From assembly GCA_018664825.1 (NCBI GenBank), contig JABJNO010000017.1, positions 50,743 to 114,742 of the forward strand: 64,000 nt of DNA, given 5' to 3'. The position numbers and the translations under genes are program-made. Each line of letters opens with the position of its first letter. The first letter of the stretch is position 1. Under the pieces are notes generated by a model that saw only the letters and a program-made list of their open reading frames with translations, had not been told where the DNA came from and ran no database searches. This DNA comes from Candidatus Parcubacteria bacterium. Its GTDB lineage: Bacteria; Patescibacteriota; Patescibacteriia; UBA1558; GWA2-36-10. Shown piece after piece: positions 18,214 through 28,251 of the stretch.

Positions 18214-19008
18214 TTATTTTTTGATTGCAAAACTTTGGATAGCCGCTCCTAAATAAGGAAATATTTTACTAAGAGTTTTACGTTCTAAGTTTAGGTGAAT
18301 TTTATATCTAGTTTGCCAAAATTTATTTTCAGACCTAGCAAAATAATCATAAGTATAAAAATCTATTATTTCAAAATTTGCTCGGACCAACTGATCTTTT
18401 AGTTGTATCGGAATGTAGCTTTCGGCATCTGGCTCTATCAGGTGAGATGGTACGGGCTTTTCTTTTGTAAAAAGATGAAATATTTTTGAAAATATTCTAT
18501 TTATTATCCAAAGATAGAAAAATGGGTTATAAAATTTAAGAAAAGTAGCATTTGGCTCTCCCAGCATCACAAATGCACCACCAGGCTTCAAAACTCTATG
18601 GGCTTCTGCAAAAGTCTGTTCAACAGCAAAAAAATGATGTAACGAGCCGTTGATAATCACCATATCAAAAAAATTGTCTTCGTAGGACAGATTTATTACT
18701 TCACTACAGTCGAGTTTGAGTTGAGGATATTTTTGGCGAGCAATTTTCAATACCTCTTCTGATTGATCTACACCGTAGACTTCGTCAGAAATTTGGAGCA
18801 AGCTATTGCTCAATCTGCCTGTACCACAACCCAAGTCAAGTACCTTGTCTGTTTTTTTATGTTTTAAAAATTTTTTGAGATTTTCAAAATTCCAAGCGTC
18901 TACTATTTTGGCGCTAGGAGTTTCTACGTGCCACTGATCATATTCAGAGGCAGTACGGTCATAATATTCCCGTTGTGCTGTACTTTTTTTAGAATACTTA
19001 TTGTTCAT
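18214..19008 (-). CDS. Class I SAM-dependent methyltransferase
   Basis: VLDLGCGTG, FDMVI, RVLKPGG. Confidence 0.9.
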   Translation of the reverse strand: MNNKYSKKSTAQREYYDRTASEYDQWHVETPSAKIVDAWNFENLKKFLKHKKTDKVLDLGCGTGRLSNSLLQISDEVYGVDQSEEVLKIARQKYPQLKLDCSEVINLSYEDNFFDMVIINGSLHHFFAVEQTFAEAHRVLKPGGAFVMLGEPNATFLKFYNPFFYLWIINRIFSKIFHLFTKEKPVPSHLIEPDAESYIPIQLKDQLVRANFEIIDFYTYDYFARSENKFWQTRYKIHLNLERKTLSKIFPYLGAAIQSFAIKK

Positions 19009-19024
19009 TTTTGGATATGAGTAA

Positions 19025-19051
19025 GCCGCCTCGGTCTGAGACCGAGGCGGT
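19025..19051. terminator. GC-rich hairpin (terminator or REP-like)
   Basis: CCGCCTCGGTC-tga-GACCGAGGCGG. Confidence 0.5.
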
Positions 19052-19056
19052 GAGGT

Positions 19057-21180
19057 TTATTTTTGTAGTTCTTTGTATGCTTCTTCGATATCAAGTGCAT
19101 TTACTTCTTCCCAGTCATTTTCATTTAGGACCGTGATTTCGTCTGCTCCGAGTATGTACATATAGTCATCTAGGTATATGGCTCGTTTTACATTGTTCAT
19201 AGCCACAACTTTGACTAGTTTTAACTCGTTGTTTTCATAAGAAAATACATAACCACCCTTTCCTCCAGGCATAAAGAATACTTCGTGATCTTTGTCTAGT
19301 AAAAAGGCATGATGATTTCGTAAAACTTCGGAATCATATTCATCTAGTTGATATTTATCTACTTCAGTTGGGTTGTTAGGATCTGATACATCAAATAAAG
19401 AAACCTTTACTTCACGATCTTCTTCTCCAATACCAAGGATGATATCATCAGAAATTGGATGTAGGTATGATGAAAATCCAGGGATCTTTAGCTCACCTTT
19501 TATTTCTGGATTTTTGGGATCTGATAAATCAAGAACATAAAATGGATCAATTTGGCGGAAAGTGACTAGATAAGCCTTGTCGCCGATAAATCTAGCAGAA
19601 TATATTTTTTCACCTAGACCCATGTCTTGGACAGAACCGATTATTTGTAAGTCGTCATTTAAAACATAAACATCGTTGGCACTAGAGTCACTTGTGCGGA
19701 AATTAAAGTTTTCACCGATAGTGGTGGCAATCCTTAGGTTTCCTTTGTATTCGTCAAGAGAAAATTGGTTCAAAGGATAACCAGGAACCATGCCATTGCT
19801 ATCTACTTTAAATTTGTCCAAATCAATTTTTACGATTTCAGTTTTCAAGAGCTTGCGTTTATTTTTTTCAAAATAATCACTCATACGATTTTCCATTTCA
19901 TTTTCTACCAACATTCTTTCAGCCTCAGCAAGGGATTGTTGCCATTCGTCCAAAACAATCTCTATCTCCATCATTTTTGTAGTAGCATTCAAATCATAAC
20001 CCTTTAACTTGTCTAATTTGGCAAGAATATCAGCAGGCATCAAGTCAGCACCCTCTGAAGTCAAGAAATCAAATAGAAAATCAAACATGTTCATCTGGTG
20101 ATTGTAGGTGATGTATAGAGATTCGGTAGACATGTAGACAGTAGAAGTATATCCCATACCAACTAGCGAAGCGGTATTTTTGATATCACCAGAATCAATC
20201 TCTATTTTCATTGCAGTAAAGGTGGTATCAATAGGTAGGGCTGCGGCTGGATGATAAATATCCAAACACCTTACTTCTGGTCCACCAACAACAGGGTTAA
20301 AGGGGCATGGTTGAGACCTATTGATATAATTCTTCGTCACCAAGTATAATTCTTCGTCATAAAGTCTAGAAGTGACAATAGAGGTATTGTTGTCTAGTTT
20401 TATATTCCATAATTGAGTAGGATCAGTGGTTTCGGATACATTGTAAGCAGTGATTTCTTGACCATAAAAAACCAGCAAAGTATCTTCTTCCAAAAGTAGT
20501 TGGCCACCCTTTGCAGGGATAATGCCGTCAAGATTTAGATCTTTTACAGGCCAAGCATTGATAAGATTTACCCTGGGTTGTTGATAGTTTGGTGGTAGAT
20601 AGATATCTTCTGAAGAAATATCCACATCTATAAGAGGTTCAGCATAATAATAATATTGTTCTCCGGTATAAAAAATATGTTGGCCGTCAGTTTTTACAAT
20701 ATCTGGCTCATCTATATTGGCTACTTGGACATTGGTCTCGGATACTCGTCCAGCTCCGCCGGCTCCATCATCAAAACCAAACTCAGCACTTCCATTTGAT
20801 TTTAAAGCAGAATCAAATGCTATATCAGCTTCTTGAACAAACTCGGCGCGTGGTGAAGCCATACCACCGTACATAAAACTTCTCATTTCATCACCCTCTT
20901 CAAGATAGGCCAAAAAATCTTCTTGAGAAGCAAAAGATTTTAAACCTGGGGCAATGTTTTGTTTTTGAATATTTTTGATGTGCCCTTTTTTGACTTTTAG
21001 TTTGGAGTCAGTATCAAATAACCCTCCAGTAGCAATCCAAGCCAAGCATACGGCAGAAAAAAGGATCAAAATCATAACCAATACTTGAGTATGTCCAAAT
21101 CGTCCTAAAAACAGCTTTTTTTTGGCCTTTTTGGTACGTGGAACAGCTTTTTTTCTTGTTGTTTTTGTTGTTTTTTTCAT
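19057..21180 (-). CDS. Membrane-anchored secreted beta-propeller protein (Beta_propel family)
   Basis: N-terminal TM; TNVQVANIDEPDIVKTDG, LNQFSLDEY, YLVTFRQIDPF, GELKIPGFSSYLHP. Confidence 0.88.
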   Translation of the reverse strand: MKKTTKTTRKKAVPRTKKAKKKLFLGRFGHTQVLVMILILFSAVCLAWIATGGLFDTDSKLKVKKGHIKNIQKQNIAPGLKSFASQEDFLAYLEEGDEMRSFMYGGMASPRAEFVQEADIAFDSALKSNGSAEFGFDDGAGGAGRVSETNVQVANIDEPDIVKTDGQHIFYTGEQYYYYAEPLIDVDISSEDIYLPPNYQQPRVNLINAWPVKDLNLDGIIPAKGGQLLLEEDTLLVFYGQEITAYNVSETTDPTQLWNIKLDNNTSIVTSRLYDEELYLVTKNYINRSQPCPFNPVVGGPEVRCLDIYHPAAALPIDTTFTAMKIEIDSGDIKNTASLVGMGYTSTVYMSTESLYITYNHQMNMFDFLFDFLTSEGADLMPADILAKLDKLKGYDLNATTKMMEIEIVLDEWQQSLAEAERMLVENEMENRMSDYFEKNKRKLLKTEIVKIDLDKFKVDSNGMVPGYPLNQFSLDEYKGNLRIATTIGENFNFRTSDSSANDVYVLNDDLQIIGSVQDMGLGEKIYSARFIGDKAYLVTFRQIDPFYVLDLSDPKNPEIKGELKIPGFSSYLHPISDDIILGIGEEDREVKVSLFDVSDPNNPTEVDKYQLDEYDSEVLRNHHAFLLDKDHEVFFMPGGKGGYVFSYENNELKLVKVVAMNNVKRAIYLDDYMYILGADEITVLNENDWEEVNALDIEEAYKELQK

Positions 21181-21258
21181 AAAAATATTTTAATTTTTAC
21201 AGTTGTCTAATTATATCATAAAACCGCCTTGAACAAAATTGTTGGCGGTTTATGTATT

Positions 21259-21951
21259 TTAGTTTCCTCCGAATCTTCTTTGGCGTTTATTGAATTCATC
21301 AATAGCCTTGTCTAGCTCACTTGCATCAAAGTCAGGCCAAGTTGTATTAGGAAAATATAGTTCACTGTACACTGATTGCCAAGTCAAGAATCCAGAAAGT
21401 CTTTTTTCTCCCGAGGTACGGATAATCAATTCAGGGTCAGGAGTATCTCCACTGTATAGATATTTACGAAATGATTTTTCGTTTAGCTCATCAGGACCTA
21501 TCTTATCTTTGATAATATTTTTGACAGCATTTAATATTTCTAGCCGACCACCATAATTTAGGCAGACATTGAGTAGGCCTTTGGTATTATCTTTGGTTTT
21601 TTCTTCAGCATCTATGATGCCTTGGCGTAGTTCATCATCAAAGGCGGATATATCCCCCATTATTTTTAGTCTAATGTTTCTTTTGGATAGTGTGTTTACT
21701 TCTTTTTTTACCAAAAGTTTAAACAAGTCCATTAAATAGGCAACTTCTTCTTTACTTCGATTCCAGTTTTCTGTGGAAAATCCATAAACAGTCAAAGTGT
21801 TTACACCTATATCAAAAGCATAGGTGGCCACGTCTTTTAGGATATCAAATCCTTTTTTGTGACCCTGAAGAGTTGTTAAGCCTCTTTTTTTGGCCCAGCG
21901 TCTATTGCCATCCAAAATAATACCAATATGTTTGGGTATAATTTTATCCAT
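21259..21951 (-). CDS. uppS: Undecaprenyl diphosphate synthase
   Basis: HIGIILDGNRRWA, FSTENWNR, NYGGR, IRTSGEKRLSGF, RRFGG. Confidence 0.96.
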   Translation of the reverse strand: MDKIIPKHIGIILDGNRRWAKKRGLTTLQGHKKGFDILKDVATYAFDIGVNTLTVYGFSTENWNRSKEEVAYLMDLFKLLVKKEVNTLSKRNIRLKIMGDISAFDDELRQGIIDAEEKTKDNTKGLLNVCLNYGGRLEILNAVKNIIKDKIGPDELNEKSFRKYLYSGDTPDPELIIRTSGEKRLSGFLTWQSVYSELYFPNTTWPDFDASELDKAIDEFNKRQRRFGGN

Positions 21952-21958
21952 TTTTATT

Positions 21959-22318
21959 TTATACAGTTTCGTTAGCAAGAGATTCTAATACAAATCTAGA
22001 AATAGCATAAGCGGTCAATATGATGATAAGTCCAATCAAACTAGCCGTCATCACTTCTTTACTTTTACCTGTTTTGTCTGCATTTCCACCTGAGGTCATA
22101 TAACTGATACCACCAAAGATAATGCCGACTGTAGCAACAATACCCAAAAATCCTAGGGCAATATTTATCACTCCAGCGATTGTATCTCGCAGGCTTCTAG
22201 TGCCAAGATTCACATCATCTATATCATCATAGCCCCAGTCTGCTGTTGATTGAGCTTGAGCCAAAAGTGGCATGGCTAGTAGCATAAAAGTAAAGTATTT
22301 TAGCAATGTTTTTTTCAT
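21959..22318 (-). CDS. VirB2/TrbC-like pilin, paralogue 2
   Basis: Signal peptide, two hydrophobic helices around GGISYMTSGGN. Confidence 0.75.
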   Translation of the reverse strand: MKKTLLKYFTFMLLAMPLLAQAQSTADWGYDDIDDVNLGTRSLRDTIAGVINIALGFLGIVATVGIIFGGISYMTSGGNADKTGKSKEVMTASLIGLIIILTAYAISRFVLESLANETV

Positions 22319-22325
22319 TTTTTGA

Positions 22326-22685
22326 TTAAACAGTCTCGTTGGCAAGAGATTCTAATACAAATCTAGAGACAGCGTAGGCTGTAAGGATAACAGCTAAGCC
22401 AATAACACCGGCGCTGATAATCTTTTTTGCTTTATCAATTTTGTCAGTATTTCCAGCTGAAGTCATCCATTCGAAACCACCATATAGAATAAGTAGTGTG
22501 GCAAGGATTCCTAAAAATCCCAAAGCTATATTGATAATACCAGCGATTGTATCTCGTAGACTTCTAGTACCCAAGTTGACCTGATCTAAATCATCATAGC
22601 CCCATTCTGCTACTGATTGAGCTTGAGCCAAAAGTGGCATAGTTAGTAGTGCAAAAGTGAAGCACTTTAATCCTATTTTCTTCAT
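22326..22685 (-). CDS. VirB2/TrbC-like pilin, paralogue 1
   Basis: Signal peptide (AQA), YGGFEWMTSAGN..KIDKAKK.I. Confidence 0.8.
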   Translation of the reverse strand: MKKIGLKCFTFALLTMPLLAQAQSVAEWGYDDLDQVNLGTRSLRDTIAGIINIALGFLGILATLLILYGGFEWMTSAGNTDKIDKAKKIISAGVIGLAVILTAYAVSRFVLESLANETV

Positions 22686-22702
22686 GGTTTTTTATTAAGT
22701 TA

Positions 22703-23251
22703 TTAAAATTCACCTTCCAAAACATGTAGCTCGGGATTATTATCAAGTCCCAAGGCTGTTGTTTCTAAGGTTATTACTATTTTGTTATAAGATAATAATA
22801 TTTCAGGAAGTTCGGTACGTTCATAACTCAAGACATAATAGTTGTCTTGCTTTGTCAGTTTACCAGTAGAGACAAAAGAGTTTGGGTCAATACCGCCAGT
22901 CAACCAGCCTTCATAAAATTTGTCATCTCCCGGATCTGCTAAACCTGCTCGTACAGAGTGTATGTATATATCTAGGCCGTTTGTTTTTAGATTGGCAGTA
23001 CCAGCACCACTATAGTCGCCAACAGCTTCTAAAACTGTGCTACGAGTGATCAAATCTTCAATTATTCGATCTTCGTCTATTGGTTGAGTTGAGATTATGT
23101 CATCATCGTCAGTGTCCTCTAATAGTTCAATGACACCTGTATTATCATTGGTTTTGGTGATATTTTCATCAGCATCTTTGGTAGTTTTGAAAACCACAAC
23201 TACTATTGCAAGTACTAATATAAAAATTATAAAATAATTTAGATTTTTCAT
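22703..23251 (-). CDS. Membrane-anchored hypothetical protein (possible RskA-like C-terminal fold)
   Basis: N-terminal TM; L.DP...FYEGWL...STGKL...VITLE...P..HVLEG. Confidence 0.6.
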   Translation of the reverse strand: MKNLNYFIIFILVLAIVVVVFKTTKDADENITKTNDNTGVIELLEDTDDDDIISTQPIDEDRIIEDLITRSTVLEAVGDYSGAGTANLKTNGLDIYIHSVRAGLADPGDDKFYEGWLTGGIDPNSFVSTGKLTKQDNYYVLSYERTELPEILLSYNKIVITLETTALGLDNNPELHVLEGEF

Positions 23252-23406
23252 AGAATTATAGTTTATTTAACAGAGTGATTATACCAATTAAATTGCAATT
23301 TGCCAATGTTTATTGACCTAGTGTTATATTTATGGTATATGTATAAGTCGTTCTTTGCACTGTTAAATTAGTTGGAAGCCTTTCAAAACAAAGCCAAGGA
23401 GAAAAA

Positions 23407-23964
23407 ATGGAGCTATCAACCTATATTCAAGAAGCGTTGGATCGGATTCAAGAATCTGACCTAATCGAACCCGAAGGTGAAGTCGCACCTGATGAAGAGG
23501 TGCTCGGAGTGCTTCCTCTGGAAGCTCGCAAGATTGATGCCTTAAGAACTCAGTTGGTTGGAAAACTCAGGGCTAATCTCAAAGATTGTCCTGAAGGAAT
23601 CTGTAACGAGTCTTCGGAAGTCTGCGGACGCTGTGAAGAGTTCAAATCAATCCTAACCCTTTTATCCTGTAGGTTTATTGAATCCGTCAAGTATGAATTC
23701 AAAAACTACTTTATTGAGGGCATTGGCCTTCGTCGTGGCTGGGTGGCTGTAAGTCTCCCTGCTGAGCGTGAGCACTCTATGCCGGATATGGATATGTTAC
23801 CCGAGATACTGGGTGATGCTATCGGTATGATGGTGATTGGATCTGATGGTACCCAAATTGTCGGTAGTGGTAGCGACGGCATGGATGATTTTCCCACTTT
23901 TCCTGGCGAGGTTCATACCGGAACAATGCGTCGTGGGAAAAATGGCAAGGGTGGCAAAGGCTAA
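23407..23964 (+). CDS. Hypothetical protein
   Basis: 185 aa; TTGACC promoter 23313, GTTCTTTG 23350, SD AAGGAG, terminator. Confidence 0.7.
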   Translation: MELSTYIQEALDRIQESDLIEPEGEVAPDEEVLGVLPLEARKIDALRTQLVGKLRANLKDCPEGICNESSEVCGRCEEFKSILTLLSCRFIESVKYEFKNYFIEGIGLRRGWVAVSLPAEREHSMPDMDMLPEILGDAIGMMVIGSDGTQIVGSGSDGMDDFPTFPGEVHTGTMRRGKNGKGGKG

Positions 23965-23972
23965 CCAAAAAC

Positions 23973-24006
23973 ACCCCGTTAGAAAATATTTTCTAACGGG
24001 GTTTTT
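23973..24006. terminator. Bidirectional terminator
   Basis: ACCCCGTTAGAAAA-ta-TTTTCTAACGGGGT. Confidence 0.8.
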
Positions 24007-24011
24007 ATTTT

Positions 24012-24524
24012 TTATATTTTTTTGATTGATTTGAGAAAGCCGTAAGCTATCACACCGCCTATCAAAGCTGTCGCTAGCTGAGGCCAGCTCATCACCCCAG
24101 ATACTTTGGCTGCTATCGGAGCTTGGACTATCAGATTAACTACTATAAAACTAGTAGCCCACAAAAACACAAACTTCAAAACACTACCTACTACAATGCC
24201 ACCGAAAAAGTTTTTTTCTCTAAAATAGTTGAATCCCAATACATAAATAGCATTACTAATAATGATAAAAGGTATCATTGGGGCCAAAGGGGCTGGCAAA
24301 AGTCCAACACTCAAGGCAATGGTACTAGGAATCAAGCCAAATAAGACAGCATTTTGGACACCGAGTAAAGATACAGCGACTATCAAAACAGCATTTACTA
24401 TCGGCCCAGTGAGCCATTGTTGGTGAAATAACGGCAAGATGGATATTACACCGAGCAAAGATACATATTGTATCATGGTAATTTGCTGAGCTTTGCTCAA
24501 GCTCATAGTTCTTGTTAGAGACAT
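24012..24524 (-). CDS. ECF S-component-like membrane protein next to the hydrogenase
   Basis: QQWLTGPIVNAVL, PFII.SN, KF.FL, WPQL.TA.IGG; 5-6 TM. Confidence 0.65.
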   Translation of the reverse strand: MSLTRTMSLSKAQQITMIQYVSLLGVISILPLFHQQWLTGPIVNAVLIVAVSLLGVQNAVLFGLIPSTIALSVGLLPAPLAPMIPFIIISNAIYVLGFNYFREKNFFGGIVVGSVLKFVFLWATSFIVVNLIVQAPIAAKVSGVMSWPQLATALIGGVIAYGFLKSIKKI

Positions 24525-24539
24525 ATTTTTATATTTTAA

Positions 24540-26264
24540 TTACTTTTTAGGGAATACTTCTTTTTTCTTTTTCATAAATCCAGTATGGCAAACATTGTGA
24601 ACATTTTTGTGATCAGCCAAGAATTCGTCATAAATTTCTTTGACTATTGGACTGTCATCCGCTAGGCGTATTTTTTTGTTGGTATCTACAGTATATAGTC
24701 CGGCGGCTCGTTTTTGGCGTATCTCATCATTTACTGGTACAGGTTGGCCTCCTCCACCGATACAACCACCAAAACAAGACATTACTTCTATATAGTCATA
24801 CTTGTTTGGTTGTTTTTTTAATTCTTCTATTATTTTGCGAGCATTTGAAATACCATTTACTACTCCTACACTGACTGTGTTACCTTTGATTTTTATCTTA
24901 GCTTCTTTGAAGCCTTCCATGCCGCGGACTTGTTTGAACTCTATACGAGGCAATCTTTTGCCAGTAATCATCTTGGCGGCAGTTCTCAAGGCTGATTCCA
25001 TCACACCACCACTAGCTCCATAAATCACTCCAGCACCTGTAGGTATTCCTAGTGATGAGTCCAATTTTTCAGGTTTAAGATTTTTGAAATCAATTTTATT
25101 TTTTCGTATCAAGTGAGATAGTTCGCGGGTAGTCAATACTTGATCAACTGGATAAATTCCATTTATTTTCATTTCTGGACGTTTTATCTCATATTTTTTG
25201 GCTACACAGGGCATTATAGATACAACGGTAATGTCTTTTGCTTTGAGGCCCATTTTTTGAGCCCAGAAAGTTTTTATCAGACCACCCATGATAATTTGTG
25301 GACTACGAACTGTAGTGAGGTTTGGTAACAATTCTGGATGATAAAATTCTGCAAATTTTACCCAACCCGGACAACAAGAAGTAAACATCGGCATCTCACC
25401 TTTGTTTTGGATACGATCTATCAACTCAGTAGCTTCTTCGATAGTTGTGACGTCAGCTCCAACGCTGACATCAAAGACATGCTTGATACCCAAGGCACGT
25501 ATAGCAGCGATAAGTTGGCCAGTGACAACACTACCTGGGGGCATGCCAAATTCTTCACCAATGGTACTACGGATAGATGGAGCAAATTGGAAGACGACTG
25601 TTTTTTTGGTATTCAAAAGATGTTTGTCTACACCCTCAAACTCACCCACGCCTTCAAAAGCTCCGACGGGGCAATGAGTCAAACATTGTCCGCAATATAT
25701 ACAGTCTTTATCTTTTTTGTCACTAGGCATTACTTCAAAAAACTTGCCTTTCTTTTTGTATTCTAAAAAATCAACACCAACTTTGTGACAAGCTTCTATA
25801 CACAACCCACAATCAATACATTTACTACTATCAAATTCCAAGGCTGGCCCAAATTTGTGAACAGGATGATGTTTTTTTCTATCAGTAAACTTGTTTATTT
25901 TTACTTTGTATTTTTTGGCATAATTACGGATTGTGCAATTTTGATAATAAATACAATCACTGCATTCTTCGCAGTGCTCACTAAAAATAAGTTCTAGATT
26001 TATTTTTCTAGCTCTTTTTATATTTGGAGAATCAGTAGTTATCTTCATGCCATCGCTTACTTCCGTACTACAAGAAGTGTGTAAACCATTCTTCCCTTTT
26101 ATTTCTACATTACAAAGACGGCAACTACCTTGTATTTTTAGATCTGGGTGATGACATAAGGTGGTAATATAAATATCATTGGCACGAGCTACATCCAAAA
26201 TACTCTGACCAGAGTCAGCTTTATATTTTTTTCCGTTGATTGTAATGTTTATTTTTTTTGGCAT
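24540..26264 (-). CDS. hydA: [FeFe]-hydrogenase catalytic subunit (group A) with 2Fe-2S, His-ligated 4Fe-4S and 2x4Fe-4S domains
   Basis: H-cluster motifs TSCCPGW, MPCVAKKYE, EVMSCFGGCIGGGGQP; Fe-S cysteine motifs intact. Confidence 0.93.
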   Translation of the reverse strand: MPKKINITINGKKYKADSGQSILDVARANDIYITTLCHHPDLKIQGSCRLCNVEIKGKNGLHTSCSTEVSDGMKITTDSPNIKRARKINLELIFSEHCEECSDCIYYQNCTIRNYAKKYKVKINKFTDRKKHHPVHKFGPALEFDSSKCIDCGLCIEACHKVGVDFLEYKKKGKFFEVMPSDKKDKDCIYCGQCLTHCPVGAFEGVGEFEGVDKHLLNTKKTVVFQFAPSIRSTIGEEFGMPPGSVVTGQLIAAIRALGIKHVFDVSVGADVTTIEEATELIDRIQNKGEMPMFTSCCPGWVKFAEFYHPELLPNLTTVRSPQIIMGGLIKTFWAQKMGLKAKDITVVSIMPCVAKKYEIKRPEMKINGIYPVDQVLTTRELSHLIRKNKIDFKNLKPEKLDSSLGIPTGAGVIYGASGGVMESALRTAAKMITGKRLPRIEFKQVRGMEGFKEAKIKIKGNTVSVGVVNGISNARKIIEELKKQPNKYDYIEVMSCFGGCIGGGGQPVPVNDEIRQKRAAGLYTVDTNKKIRLADDSPIVKEIYDEFLADHKNVHNVCHTGFMKKKKEVFPKK

Positions 26265-27241
26265 TATATCAATTTTTTAACAGCTGATCTCATAGGTGGG
26301 ACAACCATTTTTCCCAAAGCACAAAAACTAGTATTTTCTAAAACAAATAATAAATCATCCAAAACTTTTTTGTCTATACTTCTATCACGGATCATTTGCA
26401 TCAAACGATAGGTGCCTTCTCTACAAGGAGTACATTTGTCGCAGTTTTCTTCCATAAAAAACTCCATTATCCGACGCATAAATGCATAAGGGTCGGTATT
26501 GTTTTTATCATAAATCACAATAGAACCACTACCAATCACTTGGTGGTGTAGTTCGTTTTGCAAGAGTACTTCTCCGCTAGCCCCGCCACCCATTTGAACA
26601 AAAAAATCAAAGTCAGGTATATTGCGAGTATTTTCCAGAATTCGATCTATTGGCCAATTGATGGGTAGTTCAAAAACACCTTTATTTTTTACTTTACCCA
26701 AGATAGTGATTAGTCGAGTTTTTTCATAATCATCATCAGCTATCTTGGCAGCATAGTAAAAAGTCTCAATATTATTTATCAAAGTTGGGAAACCATAGAC
26801 GCCAGCTTGTCCTGGGAACGGTGGTTTGATGCGCGGACGAGCTATTTTATTTTCTATTTCTTGGCAGACGGTGGTTTCTTCACCAGACAAATATCCTCCC
26901 CTTTCTTTGAATATAGTAATTGGTAATTTACCAATTAATTTTTGCAACTTGGATTGGTATTTTTTGAAGTAGTCTTTTCGTAAATATATTATAGCTTCAC
27001 TGTGGTCAATAGCTTTTAAAGCAAGCTTAAGGCCCTCGATCAACAATTCGGGGTGATTTTTGACTATCCAACCATCTTTATTGGTATCTGGTTCGCCTTC
27101 TGAGCCATTGGCCACTATGTATTTTTTGGTAGCTTTTTGGTCTTTGACCATTTGCCACTTTAAGTATGTAGGAAAATTTGCTCCTCCCCTACCTTTTAGC
27201 TCAGCCTTTTTTAATTTTTGTATTATATTTTTGTTTTTCAC
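26264..27241 (-). CDS. Short NuoF/HydB-like flavoprotein subunit
   Basis: LKGRGGANFPT..KW, ANGSEGEP, YLSGEET, CDKCTPCREG...SFCALG. Confidence 0.88.
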   Translation of the reverse strand: MKNKNIIQKLKKAELKGRGGANFPTYLKWQMVKDQKATKKYIVANGSEGEPDTNKDGWIVKNHPELLIEGLKLALKAIDHSEAIIYLRKDYFKKYQSKLQKLIGKLPITIFKERGGYLSGEETTVCQEIENKIARPRIKPPFPGQAGVYGFPTLINNIETFYYAAKIADDDYEKTRLITILGKVKNKGVFELPINWPIDRILENTRNIPDFDFFVQMGGGASGEVLLQNELHHQVIGSGSIVIYDKNNTDPYAFMRRIMEFFMEENCDKCTPCREGTYRLMQMIRDRSIDKKVLDDLLFVLENTSFCALGKMVVPPMRSAVKKLI

Positions 27242-27333
27242 CAAGGTGTCACTTATTTGATAACTATATAATTATACAATATTTTTGCAAAACAAACAAA
27301 AAACTGTCAAAGATTTTTTGACAGTTTAAATTT

Positions 27334-28050
27334 TTATTTTGCATTTATGATTTGTATTGTTGCGGTATAAAGACCACCAAGTAACGCACTGTGCTTTTTG
27401 ACCTCAGTCTCCATGGATTTAAAATAATTGGATCTAGTACCTTCTACCCTATCTGGTTCGGTATTTTCCTGGAATCTCATGTATAGAGAATTTATTTGAT
27501 TTTCTATTGTTTGTATTGCTACAGATGTACGCTCTCTTGTTGCTGTGTCTAATTTTGGTAAAATATCTTCTTTTAATCTAGTGATCAAATCTTGGCTTAA
27601 TTGAAATTCTTTTAATAAAGTAATTTTTAGGAGTTCTTTTTCAGCATATTCTTTATTTTCTTTTATTTTTTCTATGTCTTGCAGATTTGCCTGTTCAGTG
27701 GCGTCACCCAATATTTTTTCAACACTAACATAACGGTGTTCTTCTTTGGGACTAACAGCGGTAATCCCAATTTCAGCACGTTCATCTCGGCTGATTTTTT
27801 TTCTTTCGATTCTTGCTAGAGCCAAGTCACTAGTATTTTGAGTTTCTTTGATGTTTTGCAATCTTTTTTGGATAGCAGTAAGCAATACCTCTTTGTGAGG
27901 ATTTTGAGATTTATCAAGCTCAAGGTCTATCTGCATATCCATCAAGGCGCCTGGTTCTATACTGCGGTTGATGTTATCAATTTTATCTTGAATTTCAATC
28001 GGTATATCAGTGCTAGGTAGTATATTAAATTGTGTTATTTTTTCTGGCAT
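27334..28050 (-). CDS. Hypothetical helical protein
   Basis: 238 aa ORF followed by hairpin 27301-27328. Confidence 0.65.
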   Translation of the reverse strand: MPEKITQFNILPSTDIPIEIQDKIDNINRSIEPGALMDMQIDLELDKSQNPHKEVLLTAIQKRLQNIKETQNTSDLALARIERKKISRDERAEIGITAVSPKEEHRYVSVEKILGDATEQANLQDIEKIKENKEYAEKELLKITLLKEFQLSQDLITRLKEDILPKLDTATRERTSVAIQTIENQINSLYMRFQENTEPDRVEGTRSNYFKSMETEVKKHSALLGGLYTATIQIINAK

Positions 28051-28251
28051 AGACTTATTTTACTATATATTTTGTATTAAGTAAAAACCTCCTTTTTAGG
28101 TTTTATTCAGCTGGGAACAACTTTATGTATCTAAAACAATCAAAAAACATCATTATTTTGTATAAATGTAGCTATTATTGACATAAATAGTGTTTTGAGA
28201 TAGGATAATTTATTAGTTCTAGATCTTTTAAAAACCTCGAAAGGAGTCAAA

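Noticed and set aside
28103-28153. 16-codon minus-strand mini-ORF (MMFFDCFRYIKLFPAE) before a hairpin
   Set aside because: Too short to support without conservation data
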